This document shows, in pieces, positions 50,022 to 58,271 of a stretch of 64,000 nt of DNA. The position numbers and the translations under genes were made by a program. Source of the DNA: Lachnospiraceae bacterium (GTDB lineage: Bacteria; Bacillota; Clostridia; Lachnospirales; Lachnospiraceae); contig JAUNCZ010000010.1 of the NCBI GenBank assembly GCA_030526405.1, positions 2,814 to 66,813 of the forward strand. The letters run 5' to 3'. Each line of letters opens with the position of its first letter. The first letter of the stretch is position 1. Under the pieces are notes generated by a model. That model did no database searches. It saw only the letters and a program-made list of their open reading frames with translations, and was not told where the DNA came from.

Positions 50022-50777
50022 TCAGCCCAGTTCAAAAAAGGTGATGATGGTGTGGATGATAAAATCCATGGTTTTGGGATTGCGGACACGGTGATCCCCC
50101 TCAAAGGAGACAAATTCGATCACATTGTCCTCTGCAAATTTTTCCACCACATCAAAGGGAACTGTTTCATCCTCTGTTCCATGGAGGATCATCAGATCAT
50201 CAGCAAAGTCAAGGTATTCCATCTCCTTCGGGTCCGTTTCCCGGATCTCCTCAAAGAAGGAAAGGGATACCTTGACTTTTCTTTCGTGTCCGAGAAGAAC
50301 CTCCTTTCCCTTCATCAGCTTATCGTACTGACCGCTCTTTTGCGCATGCTCCAGAAGGGAGTCATGCATATTGAGGGCAGGGCTTCGCAGGGCGATCTTC
50401 ACAAAGGGATTTCCCTTTTCCTGTATGTATTTCAGCATCAGGAAACCGCCGAAGCTGGTGGCATAGATGTAGATCTGACTGGTGCCCAGCTGCTCCTCCA
50501 CATATTTTTTTACCAGCTCCAGATAGGAGATACACTCAGAAAGCATCAGCTTCTTGCGTGCATCAGCACCGTGGCAGGGGAAGTCAAAGCCGATCACGGC
50601 GGTGGTCTTATACTTGGAGATTACCTTCTCTCCAAAACGGGTCAGGGCAGCGGTGTCCTTGTAGCTGCCAAAACCGTGGAGGAAAAGGATCGCCTTATCT
50701 ATTTTCTTCATATCCTGACAGTAAATCTTGCAGCGGATGCTGTAGCCGCCCTCGTTTATGTCAAATAGCTTTTCCAT
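50022..50777 (-). CDS. alpha/beta hydrolase
   Basis: LHGFGS, nucleophile elbow YATSFGG, and a C-terminal GDH motif. Confidence 0.8.
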   Translation of the reverse strand: MEKLFDINEGGYSIRCKIYCQDMKKIDKAILFLHGFGSYKDTAALTRFGEKVISKYKTTAVIGFDFPCHGADARKKLMLSECISYLELVKKYVEEQLGTSQIYIYATSFGGFLMLKYIQEKGNPFVKIALRSPALNMHDSLLEHAQKSGQYDKLMKGKEVLLGHERKVKVSLSFFEEIRETDPKEMEYLDFADDLMILHGTEDETVPFDVVEKFAEDNVIEFVSFEGDHRVRNPKTMDFIIHTIITFFELG

Positions 50778-51647
50778 TTATTCAAATACCTCTTTTCTGT
50801 TGCTTTTATTGGATTTTGCTGCCTCCAGAACATTATAGACTGTGGCGGAGGCGATGACGATTACTGCGCCCACCAGAGACAGGGGACCGATCAGCTCGCC
50901 GTAGAATACGGCCACAAGAATGGGATTCAGCACCGGTTCCACCATGGAGATCAGGGATGCCGCCACAGGAGGGACGCTCTGCAGTCCCCGGGCCAGCAGG
51001 ATATAGGAAACCGCCATCTGGAACACCCCAAGAATCACAACGGTGATTACATTGACAGGGGTATATTCCGTTTTCGTCAGGATTGTGGGCAGTGCCATCA
51101 GGAAGCTGATCACAAATGACAGCAATACAGCGGATTCAAAGTCACAGCCCCTGATCTGTTTGCTGACAAACACCACTGCATAGAGCATTCCTGAAAGGAT
51201 AGCCAGCAGAATACCCAGCAGTCCCTGGAGGGTAAGGGAATCAAAAAAGAAAAACAGGATTCCCACAAATGATACAAAACAGGCGATGAGAGAGGATTTC
51301 TCCGGTTTCCTGTGGAAAAACAGCCACATGATCAGAATAATGAAGATGGGCATGGTAAACTGCAGTACAATGGCATTTGCAGCGGAGGTCAGTTTGTTTG
51401 CATACACAAAGGCAAGACACATGCCTGCATTGGCCACTGTGCAGAGCAGTGTTCCTCCATTCAGGACGAAATGATGCTTTCTGAGTTTCATATAGATCAG
51501 CAGAACAATAAAGGAAAAGAAGCACCGCAGTCCGTTAATGGAAAGGGCAGGCATGCTGTTCAGCTTGATCAGAAGTCCTCCGAGAGCAAAGAATACTGCA
51601 GACCCGATCATACAGAGTACACCGGTATTGCTGTGGGTGGAATTCAT
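50778..51647 (-). CDS. DMT (EamA) family transporter
   Basis: 289 aa, 10 TM, duplicated EamA-like halves. Abuts the hydrolase start codon. Confidence 0.85.
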   Translation of the reverse strand: MNSTHSNTGVLCMIGSAVFFALGGLLIKLNSMPALSINGLRCFFSFIVLLIYMKLRKHHFVLNGGTLLCTVANAGMCLAFVYANKLTSAANAIVLQFTMPIFIILIMWLFFHRKPEKSSLIACFVSFVGILFFFFDSLTLQGLLGILLAILSGMLYAVVFVSKQIRGCDFESAVLLSFVISFLMALPTILTKTEYTPVNVITVVILGVFQMAVSYILLARGLQSVPPVAASLISMVEPVLNPILVAVFYGELIGPLSLVGAVIVIASATVYNVLEAAKSNKSNRKEVFE

Positions 51648-51680
51648 AATAGTAAATACACGTCTCCTTCCGATAGTAAT

Positions 51681-51703
51681 GGTTCATGAAAGTGGTTCAT
51701 GAA
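51681..51703 (-). promoter_or_regulatory. tandem palindromic boxes in the EamA 5' UTR (candidate operator)
   Basis: GGTTCATGAA-AGT-GGTTCATGAA. Each box contains the palindrome TTCATGAA. Confidence 0.4.
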
Positions 51704-51743
51704 CAGGCGGTGAAAGGACTGGGATGTCCCTTTTGCCTGTTTC

Positions 51744-51772
51744 ATCATAATACTGATTGCAGGAATAATCAA
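51744..51772 (-). promoter_or_regulatory. promoter of the EamA/hydrolase unit
   Basis: On the minus strand: TTGATT, 17-nt spacer, TATGAT. Confidence 0.45.
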
Positions 51773-51783
51773 CACAGACAAGA

Positions 51784-51825
51784 CTCCGGCACTGAACTGA
51801 CTGCTTTGTCAGATCGGTGCCGGAG
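51784..51825 (-). terminator. terminator after the HD-paralog pair
   Basis: CTCCGGCAC ... GTGCCGGAG with an inner CTGAC/GTCAG stem, followed on the minus strand by TCTTGTCTGTGTT. Confidence 0.6.
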
Positions 51826-51877
51826 CATATGAAGGTATGTATTGTTATGTATTATCCTAGTTACGTATTTTAATACG

Positions 51878-52705
51878 CTAGAATTCGAGACCGGCCTTAT
51901 TGCGCAGAACAGTGCGCATACGGGCATTTTCCTCCTCCAGAAGAAGGATTTTTTCGTTCAGCTCCTTGTGTCGGTTATCGTATCTGGTGATAAAGATATC
52001 TGTAGATGCAATCAGGTCATTCATCTTACTTTGCAGAATTCCCACAGCTCCGTCCAGTTCAGGATAGAATTCCCGGGCATAGATACACATGGGGAGATAG
52101 TGGGTCCTTGTTTCGTGGATGTATTCCTGCATACGCCAAAGAGTGAAATTATACAGCTCCTCAACCAGATTCGCCCGGTCTGCCAGACGGATCATCATGG
52201 CAAGCTTGTTTTTTCGAACCTGGGCGAAGACAGCAGCCTCCTCCTCCTCTGTTTCGCAGTTTCCGGTATAGATCAGCATCATGATGTTCACGATCCGTTC
52301 ATCCAGAAGGTATTTGCTGTGAATCTCCCAGCCCATATCATCAAACTTCACATGGGTTTTCAGATCATGACAGAGAGCCCCTGCAAGAAGGATATCCTTA
52401 TCCTCCGGGGATATGGGAAGATGCAGGTTCACCAGCATACGGGTCACAGAGAGACAGTGATACATATAGGGGCGGCATCTTCTGGTGCCGTCACAGGAAT
52501 GGGTAAAACCTCTGTAGATGCCGGATAACAGGGAACGAACCACTGGCAGGGCAACGGCAGTATTCAGAAGTTTTCGCTCATATGCATAATTGCGGATAAA
52601 ACGATAGAGGCCATCGTACATCCAGCTTTCATCACGGTTGTACTGCAGATTCTCTTCACCAATCTTCTGCAGGATACTATCTACTTTTCTGGAAAAATCT
52701 TCCAT
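51878..52705 (-). CDS. Mesh1/SpoT-like HD-domain protein, paralog 1 (ED motif lost), coiled-coil C-terminus
   Basis: PYMYHCLSV, ALCHDLKTH, IRLADRANLVEELYN. The C-terminal 50 aa show a heptad-like pattern. Confidence 0.75.
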   Translation of the reverse strand: MEDFSRKVDSILQKIGEENLQYNRDESWMYDGLYRFIRNYAYERKLLNTAVALPVVRSLLSGIYRGFTHSCDGTRRCRPYMYHCLSVTRMLVNLHLPISPEDKDILLAGALCHDLKTHVKFDDMGWEIHSKYLLDERIVNIMMLIYTGNCETEEEEAAVFAQVRKNKLAMMIRLADRANLVEELYNFTLWRMQEYIHETRTHYLPMCIYAREFYPELDGAVGILQSKMNDLIASTDIFITRYDNRHKELNEKILLLEEENARMRTVLRNKAGLEF

Positions 52706-52735
52706 CCTTTTCCTCCTTTCAGACTGATGCAGTGT

Positions 52736-53563
52736 TTACAGCTGCAACTCCAGCATTTTGTGACGCAGCTTCAGATTTTCCTCTTTCAGACGTTCAAGTT
52801 TGGAAGTCATCTGTTTTTCCTGCTCTTCATAACGACCCACAAGGATCTCGGCAATCTCACAGAGGTTTTTCATCTTATCCTGTAAAATAGTGAAGGAGCT
52901 GATGATATGAGGATAGTGCTTTCTTGCATAGGCACACATGGGGAAGATACATTCCTTGGTTTCCTGGACGTACTCGTGTACCTTCCAGATGGACATATTG
53001 TAGAGGTCCTCCACATTGTTGCCTCTGTCCGCCAGTTTCACAAGAAGGGCAAGGGGATTTTCCTGAATCTTCTGGAAGTAGGCCCTGTGTTCCTCCTCTG
53101 TGAAATCCCGTCGTTTGGAGAGGGTGAGTACTGTCTCGTAGATGGCAGGGGTGAGATGATAGTCTGTATAAAGTTCACGTCCTCCATTGGGGAAAGGAAT
53201 ATCCTCGATCAGATCATGACAGAGAGCCGTTGCCAGAACAGTGTCCTCATCCTCAGGTTCCAGAGGAAGACGCAGATCAATCAGGGTACAGCAGACCTTC
53301 AGACAATGGATCACATAGGGCAGACGGTAGGAGATACCGTCCTTCACAACAGAGGATTTTCGATAGATTCCATTGTGAAGTCCCCGTACCAGGGGAAGTG
53401 CAACTGCAGTGGCGTAGAGTTTCCGCTCTGCAGCGTAGCGTTTTACATAATCGTAATATCGTTCGTACAGCCAGAACTCCTCCTCGTTGTAGGAGAGTAG
53501 TTCCGGATCAATATCCTGTACCAGTTCCTTAATCTTCTTCATAAAAGGAGATTTTCCGCCCAT
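52736..53563 (-). CDS. Mesh1/SpoT-like HD-domain protein, paralog 2 (H..HD..ED..D intact), coiled-coil C-terminus
   Basis: PYVIHCLKV, ALCHDLIEDI, VKLADRGNNVEDLYN. AGGAGG RBS. Confidence 0.75.
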   Translation of the reverse strand: MGGKSPFMKKIKELVQDIDPELLSYNEEEFWLYERYYDYVKRYAAERKLYATAVALPLVRGLHNGIYRKSSVVKDGISYRLPYVIHCLKVCCTLIDLRLPLEPEDEDTVLATALCHDLIEDIPFPNGGRELYTDYHLTPAIYETVLTLSKRRDFTEEEHRAYFQKIQENPLALLVKLADRGNNVEDLYNMSIWKVHEYVQETKECIFPMCAYARKHYPHIISSFTILQDKMKNLCEIAEILVGRYEEQEKQMTSKLERLKEENLKLRHKMLELQL

Positions 53564-53591
53564 ATTCAGCCTCCTAATCAGAAAAATTATT

Positions 53592-53604
53592 CGATTTCAA
53601 ATCG
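53592..53604 (-). promoter_or_regulatory. 13-nt palindrome between the -10 and the RBS of the HD operon
   Basis: CGATTT-C-AAATCG. Confidence 0.3.
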
Positions 53605-53616
53605 TTTCTGTGTTTA

Positions 53617-53646
53617 ATTGTACGACAATAAAGGCATAAATGTAAA
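53617..53646 (-). promoter_or_regulatory. promoter of the HD-paralog operon
   Basis: On the minus strand: TTTACA, 18-nt spacer, TACAAT. Confidence 0.5.
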
Positions 53647-53897
53647 GAGAAATTGAAAAATCCATGTTATTCCGATGCAATTCGTCCTATTTTTACTGCC
53701 CGAGGCGCAATTTGTCTCAGTGGGAGTACAGTCTCCGCCAGCGTCGACTTGCAGTTGAAACGGTCATATGACTGACGGAGAATGACCAGAATACGGGGTT
53801 TGAACGAACGAGTTTGAATAAAATTGAACATTTACTATAATGAAAGGTCATAAATGCACACTTTTCATGTGGAATCTGCTGAAAATAAAAAAAGGGC

Positions 53898-53926
53898 TTG
53901 AAAAATGACCGGAAATGACGTATTTT
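53898..53926 (+). promoter_or_regulatory. orphan rightward promoter in a gene-free gap
   Basis: TTGAAA, 17-nt spacer, TATTTT. A second candidate, TTGAAT-16-TATAAT, lies at 53814-53841. Confidence 0.4.
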
Positions 53927-54110
53927 GATTACAGGAAGTGAGAGACAAAGAACTTCCCAATCACAAATGACAATTATCGCGCAATTCGTTATGCGCATTC
54001 ATAATTTTTTTCTTTATTCTTTTTTCCTTCATCCCCGATATTCTGCAAGTATCTGGGGATAGCGACAATAACAGACTTTATCATAGATTTTGACCCCCCT
54101 TTTTCTGACG

Positions 54111-54167
54111 AAACAGCAGAGTAAGTATTTACCATCGGTGAGTATTTACTCTGCTGTTTTGTTTTTT
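54111..54167 (+). terminator. strong terminator inside the gene-free gap
   Basis: AAACAGCAGAGTAA ... TTACTCTGCTGTTT followed by TGTTTTTT. Confidence 0.8.
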
Positions 54168-54259
54168 CATTTTTTTTTAATAAGGTGACCGGGAAATCTG
54201 TGTTATACTAAGAGCAGAGTCTTGATAAAACAAGAACAGATATTGGAGGATCAGCATTT

Positions 54260-55069
54260 GTGAAAACAGTAGTTATTACGGGAAGCACCAGAGGGCTGGG
54301 GTTTGAGATGGCAAAGGTGTTCAGAAAAAGAGGTTTTAATGTGGTGATCTGTGGAACAAAGCAGGAAAACATCGACAGAGCCATCAGTCATCTCTGTGAT
54401 ATAAAAGCCAGAGGAAAGGTAATCGGGCAGAAATGCAATGTATCCTCTATCCATGATGTGGAATGCCTGGCAGATACGGCATTTGAACTGTTCGGAGGAA
54501 TTGATATCTGGATCAACAATGCAGGTGTAAACCAGAGCTATCTGCATTCCTGGGAACTTGGTGCAGAGGAAATAGATTATCTGATGCAGGTGGATCTGAA
54601 GGGATCCATCAACGGAACCAATGCTGCCATACGAAAAATGCTGCAGCAGGGCTATGGAGCTGTCTACAATGTGGAGGGCATGGGGTCCAATGATGCATTC
54701 CAGTCCTGTTTTGCTCTGTACGGCACCGCAAAGCGCGCAGTAACCTATTTTTCTGATGCAGTTGCCAATGAGATCAGAGAGCTGAAACTGCCCCTTGTGA
54801 TCGGAAAGCTGTCACCGGGAATTATGATTACAGATTTTCTCACCTCAGCAGAGGGTGAGCAGAACCGCACTGAGTTGGATGCCTCCACAAAGAGAGTATA
54901 TAATATTCTTGGAGATTATCCGGATGTGATTGCAGATTTTCTTGTGCCAAGGATCATTAAGAACAGGAAGAACGGAGTTCGCATCAGCTGGCTTACAAAC
55001 AGAAAAGCGGTTTCGAGACTGCTTACATCCGGCATAAGAAAAAGAGAATTCTTTGAACAGAACGATTAA
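54260..55069 (+). CDS. SDR-family oxidoreductase
   Basis: VVITGSTRGLG, NNAG, YGTAK (YxxxK). GTG start with GGAGGA RBS. Confidence 0.85.
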   Translation: MKTVVITGSTRGLGFEMAKVFRKRGFNVVICGTKQENIDRAISHLCDIKARGKVIGQKCNVSSIHDVECLADTAFELFGGIDIWINNAGVNQSYLHSWELGAEEIDYLMQVDLKGSINGTNAAIRKMLQQGYGAVYNVEGMGSNDAFQSCFALYGTAKRAVTYFSDAVANEIRELKLPLVIGKLSPGIMITDFLTSAEGEQNRTELDASTKRVYNILGDYPDVIADFLVPRIIKNRKNGVRISWLTNRKAVSRLLTSGIRKREFFEQND

Positions 55070-55149
55070 TGATTGATAAAAAGGTACACAATTTGCTATA
55101 ATAAGATGATTCGAAAAACAATACATCTTTTTAAAGGGGAAATAATGGT

Positions 55150-55932
55150 ATGAAACAGTATATTGTTGATGCATTTACAGATAAACCGTTTGCCGGCAAT
55201 CCAGCAGCTATCTGCGTTATGGAGTCCTGGCCTTCAAAAGAGGCAATGATGAAGCTGGCAATGGAGAACAACCTCTCAGAGACTGCCTTCGTAGTGAAGG
55301 AGCTGACTGGTTATCATCTTCGCTGGTTTACACCTGGCACAGAGGTTGAGGTATGCGGCCACGCTACTCTGGCAGCTGCCTATGTTATTCTGAACTTCTA
55401 TGAGAAAGACTGCAATGAGGTGGTATTCCACACCATGAGCGGTGAGCTGAAGGTGGTTCGTGAGGGAGACCTCTATGTTATGGATTTCCCAACCTACGAG
55501 CTCCGTGAGATTCCTGTAACAGATGAGATGGAGGAGGCCTTTGGAATCCGTCCTGTTAAGGCAATTCTGGGAATCGATCTTGTGTGTGTATTTGAGTCTG
55601 ATTTCCTTGTGCGCACCATGACTCCGAACCAGGAGCTGCTGAAGGAGCTGCCGGGACGTGTTCAGAACGTTACTGCAAGGGGCTTTGAGACTGACTGTGT
55701 ATCAAGAAGCTTCTGTCCAATCCTCTCTATTCCTGAGGATCCGGTTTGTGGTTCCGGTCATTGCCAGATCGCTGTTTACTGGTCAGAGGTTCTTGGAAAG
55801 AAAGAGATCTATGCATACCAGGCGTCCAGACGTGGTGGATATCTGCACTGTGAGATCCTTGACAACAACCGTATTGCTCTGAAGGGACATGCGCAGCTGT
55901 TTGCTGTTTCTGAGATCATGGTTGAAATCTGA
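55150..55932 (+). CDS. PhzF-family isomerase-like protein
   Basis: VDAFT..PF.GNPAAV, SETAF, FTP..E...CGHATLA. Confidence 0.85.
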   Translation: MKQYIVDAFTDKPFAGNPAAICVMESWPSKEAMMKLAMENNLSETAFVVKELTGYHLRWFTPGTEVEVCGHATLAAAYVILNFYEKDCNEVVFHTMSGELKVVREGDLYVMDFPTYELREIPVTDEMEEAFGIRPVKAILGIDLVCVFESDFLVRTMTPNQELLKELPGRVQNVTARGFETDCVSRSFCPILSIPEDPVCGSGHCQIAVYWSEVLGKKEIYAYQASRRGGYLHCEILDNNRIALKGHAQLFAVSEIMVEI

Positions 55933-55973
55933 GGGACAGAAGATTGCCTATCATAACCGAATAATATCTGAAT

Positions 55974-56023
55974 AAAAAAGCTGTTGGAACTAAGGCAGGT
56001 TGCCTTTTCCAACAGCTTTTTTT
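55974..56023. terminator. bidirectional terminator
   Basis: AAAAAAGCTGTTGGA ... TCCAACAGCTTTTTT. Confidence 0.85.
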
Positions 56024-56190
56024 ATACTTTTTCTGTTTTATGATTGATTATGAAAATCATAATGAGCAATACCACTGTTAAGTATCTGAATCTTCCGGGA
56101 TTTCGGGATCAGCTGTTGCTGAGTCAAAAATCCAGATTGAGGGAGATTATTTAAACATCCCAGTCCTTTGAAGACAGACAGCAGATTCTA

Positions 56191-57399
56191 TTACTGACAA
56201 ACGCGCCCCTGGGCAATCTTGTCGTTGGAAAAACCAAAGTAGGATTTTCCTGCCTCAAGAGTGTAGCCCTTGGCAGCAGCCAGCTCTTTCACGGTAACCA
56301 GCTGATAGCCCTGAGAGATCAGGTATGGGAACAGATATCTGCAGGCTTCAATGGTGGTTGAATAGATATCGTGCATCAGGATGATATCACCCTCCCCAAT
56401 CTGATTCAGAACACGTTCGATGATGAGATTGGTGTCCTGAAGATCCCAGTCCAGACTGTCCAGAGACCACATGATGCCAGGTTTCCCAACTGCAGCCAGC
56501 TGCTCAGCAGTGTAATCGCCGTATGGGAAGCGGTAAACATCTGTCTGAGCTCCGTTTCCATTAAGACTGATCAGCTCATCGGAAATGCGGAAATTATTCA
56601 CACAGTCCTCTGTGCCGATTTTAATCATCTGTGTATGATCGGTGGAGTGACTTCCCAGCTGGCAACGACTGTTCTGGATACGTGCGATTGTGTCTCCGTA
56701 GCCATCTGTGAGATTTCCAAGCAGGAAGAAGGAGATACGTGCACCGGTCTGGTCGCAGAGATCCAGCAGTTCTCCGGTTCCGTTGCTTGGACCGTCATCA
56801 AAGGTAAATGCCAGCAGTCGGTTTGGATCTGCTTCCGGATGATACACACCGGCTTCATCAAAGTAGCAGCTGACACCGCCGATTAATTTCCAGCCGTGAT
56901 CCAGCATTCCTGCTGCATCGAAATGATAGGACTTCTCACCGATGGTCTGCCATCCATTGTAATAGATATGAACCATATCGGGGGAGTACCAGCTGTTCAG
57001 ATTGTCCACGAACCATCCATCCTGACAGGAAAGATACATGATGGACTCATCCATAGGCATAAGTCCCGCTGCACCGCTGCCGTCCTCAGCCTCAGGTAAT
57101 ACTGGAACAATGATATTCACTGGTTCTGGTGTTGGCTCAGCAGCCTGCTCCGGAACTGCTTCCTGGATATCATCTGTTTCAGCTGCAACAACGGATTCTG
57201 TTGCCACATCTTCTTTTTTACTGGTTTCGTTGGTTGTCATTTCTGCTAATTCTGTCTGTTTTGCGGCTTCATTCTTTCTGAGATGGGAAAAAACGCCCAC
57301 CATAATTGCAAATACTGCAACAAGGAGAATGATGCATCCTATGACATTTCGAGCCATGGATGGTCTTTTTTTCTTTTTTCGTTTGTTGTCGTTGCTCAT
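56191..57399 (-). CDS. NodB-type polysaccharide deacetylase with TM anchor and cell-wall-binding repeats (paralog 1)
   Basis: ATG 57399 (MSNDNKRKKKK + TM). YYNGWQTIGEKSYHFD repeats. NodB motifs TFDDGP, HSTDH, RFPYG, DSLDW, ILMHD. Confidence 0.85.
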   Translation of the reverse strand: MSNDNKRKKKKRPSMARNVIGCIILLVAVFAIMVGVFSHLRKNEAAKQTELAEMTTNETSKKEDVATESVVAAETDDIQEAVPEQAAEPTPEPVNIIVPVLPEAEDGSGAAGLMPMDESIMYLSCQDGWFVDNLNSWYSPDMVHIYYNGWQTIGEKSYHFDAAGMLDHGWKLIGGVSCYFDEAGVYHPEADPNRLLAFTFDDGPSNGTGELLDLCDQTGARISFFLLGNLTDGYGDTIARIQNSRCQLGSHSTDHTQMIKIGTEDCVNNFRISDELISLNGNGAQTDVYRFPYGDYTAEQLAAVGKPGIMWSLDSLDWDLQDTNLIIERVLNQIGEGDIILMHDIYSTTIEACRYLFPYLISQGYQLVTVKELAAAKGYTLEAGKSYFGFSNDKIAQGRVCQ

Positions 57400-57610
57400 T
57401 ACACCAGCCCTCTTTACATTTATTTGTGTCGAATACTTTCTAAAACTCAGAGAGCAAAGAAAGCATCTATTATAATTTAGCATATTCAATTGGAGAATTC
57501 CAGTAAATTGCCTTGGTTTTTTGTGTTTTTTTGGCATTTTTACCAATGAATTCGAGGTCTTATTATGGTAAAATACCAAGAGTCAAATAAATATCAAGGA
57601 GGTATGAGCT

Positions 57611-58147
57611 ATGACATACGAGCAGATCGTAGCTAAGGTGCAGACATACTATGCAGATGCTGATGCATCTATGGTTGCCGGACATTATGCTGTCCAGGTA
57701 AATGTAATTGGTGAGGGTGCAGGTGCTTTTTACATGGAGATCACAGAGGGAAAGGTTAACGTACAGCCATATGATTACGTTGATCGCAATGCAGCTGTTA
57801 CAGCAGCAGCAGAGGTCCTGATGGAGATCACAGAGAGAAAAGTTTCTTATACAAAAGCTGTTGCTGAGTCAATGATCCAGATTGAGGGAGATGAGCAGGC
57901 GGCAGCAGTTCTTGATTCTATCAAAACAATAGTGGCAGAGGCAGCAGCAGAAGTTGTAGCAGAGCCAGTGGTTGAGGCAGTAGCAGAAGTTGCAGCAGAG
58001 CCAGTGGTTGAGGTAGCAGCAGAAGTTGCAGCAGAGCCAGCAGCTCCGAAAGCGGCAGGGAAGAAAGCACATACAAGAAAACGTGCTGTAAACAAAGCTG
58101 CTTCAAAAGCAAAAGGAACAAAGAAGTGTAAAAAAACAGCAAAATAA
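57611..58147 (+). CDS. SCP2-fold protein with an Ala/Glu/Val/Pro repeat and a lysine-rich tail
   Basis: The N-terminal ~105 aa are SCP2-like (YAVQVNV.GEGAGAFYMEI..GKV, I.G). These are followed by AEVAAEPVVEVA repeats and then KAAGKKAHTRKRAVNKAASKAKGTKKCKKTAK. Confidence 0.65.
   Translation: MTYEQIVAKVQTYYADADASMVAGHYAVQVNVIGEGAGAFYMEITEGKVNVQPYDYVDRNAAVTAAAEVLMEITERKVSYTKAVAESMIQIEGDEQAAAVLDSIKTIVAEAAAEVVAEPVVEAVAEVAAEPVVEVAAEVAAEPAAPKAAGKKAHTRKRAVNKAASKAKGTKKCKKTAK
57947..58044 (+). repeat. 36-nt in-frame tandem repeat (about 2.7 copies)
   Basis: GCAGAAGTTG(T/C)AGCAGAGCCAGTGGTTGAGG.AG.A units start at 57947, 57983 and 58019. Confidence 0.85.
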
Positions 58148-58182
58148 GTTGCAGTATAATAGAAACGCCTAAGATAAAACAG

Positions 58183-58240
58183 AAAATCCAGAGGGAACCC
58201 AATGTCATGGTGAATGACAGGAGTTCTGCTCTGGATTTTT
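58183..58240. terminator. bidirectional terminator
   Basis: AAAATCCAGAG ... CTCTGGATTTTT with an inner TGTCAT/ATGACA stem. Confidence 0.75.
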
Positions 58241-58271
58241 GTATGTTGAAAAACTGTTTGTCAGGTTGGAA

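Noticed and set aside
53895-53909. 15-nt identical string GGCTTGAAAAATGAC, also found at 61232-61246 (and GGGCTTGAAAAAAATGA at 41949-41965).
   Set aside because: A few exact 15-mer coincidences are expected by chance in 64 kb on both strands. The shared part is essentially a -35 TTGAAA with an A-rich spacer, and the 61232 copy has no -10 element.
53989-54084. 31-codon minus-strand ORF (MIKSVIVAIPRYLQNIGDEGKKNKEKNYECA) preceded by GGGGGG.
   Set aside because: There is no promoter on that strand, and it lies directly downstream of a hairpin. It has no recognisable homology. The region is better explained by plus-strand promoter and terminator signals. It is mentioned only as an alternative for the gap.
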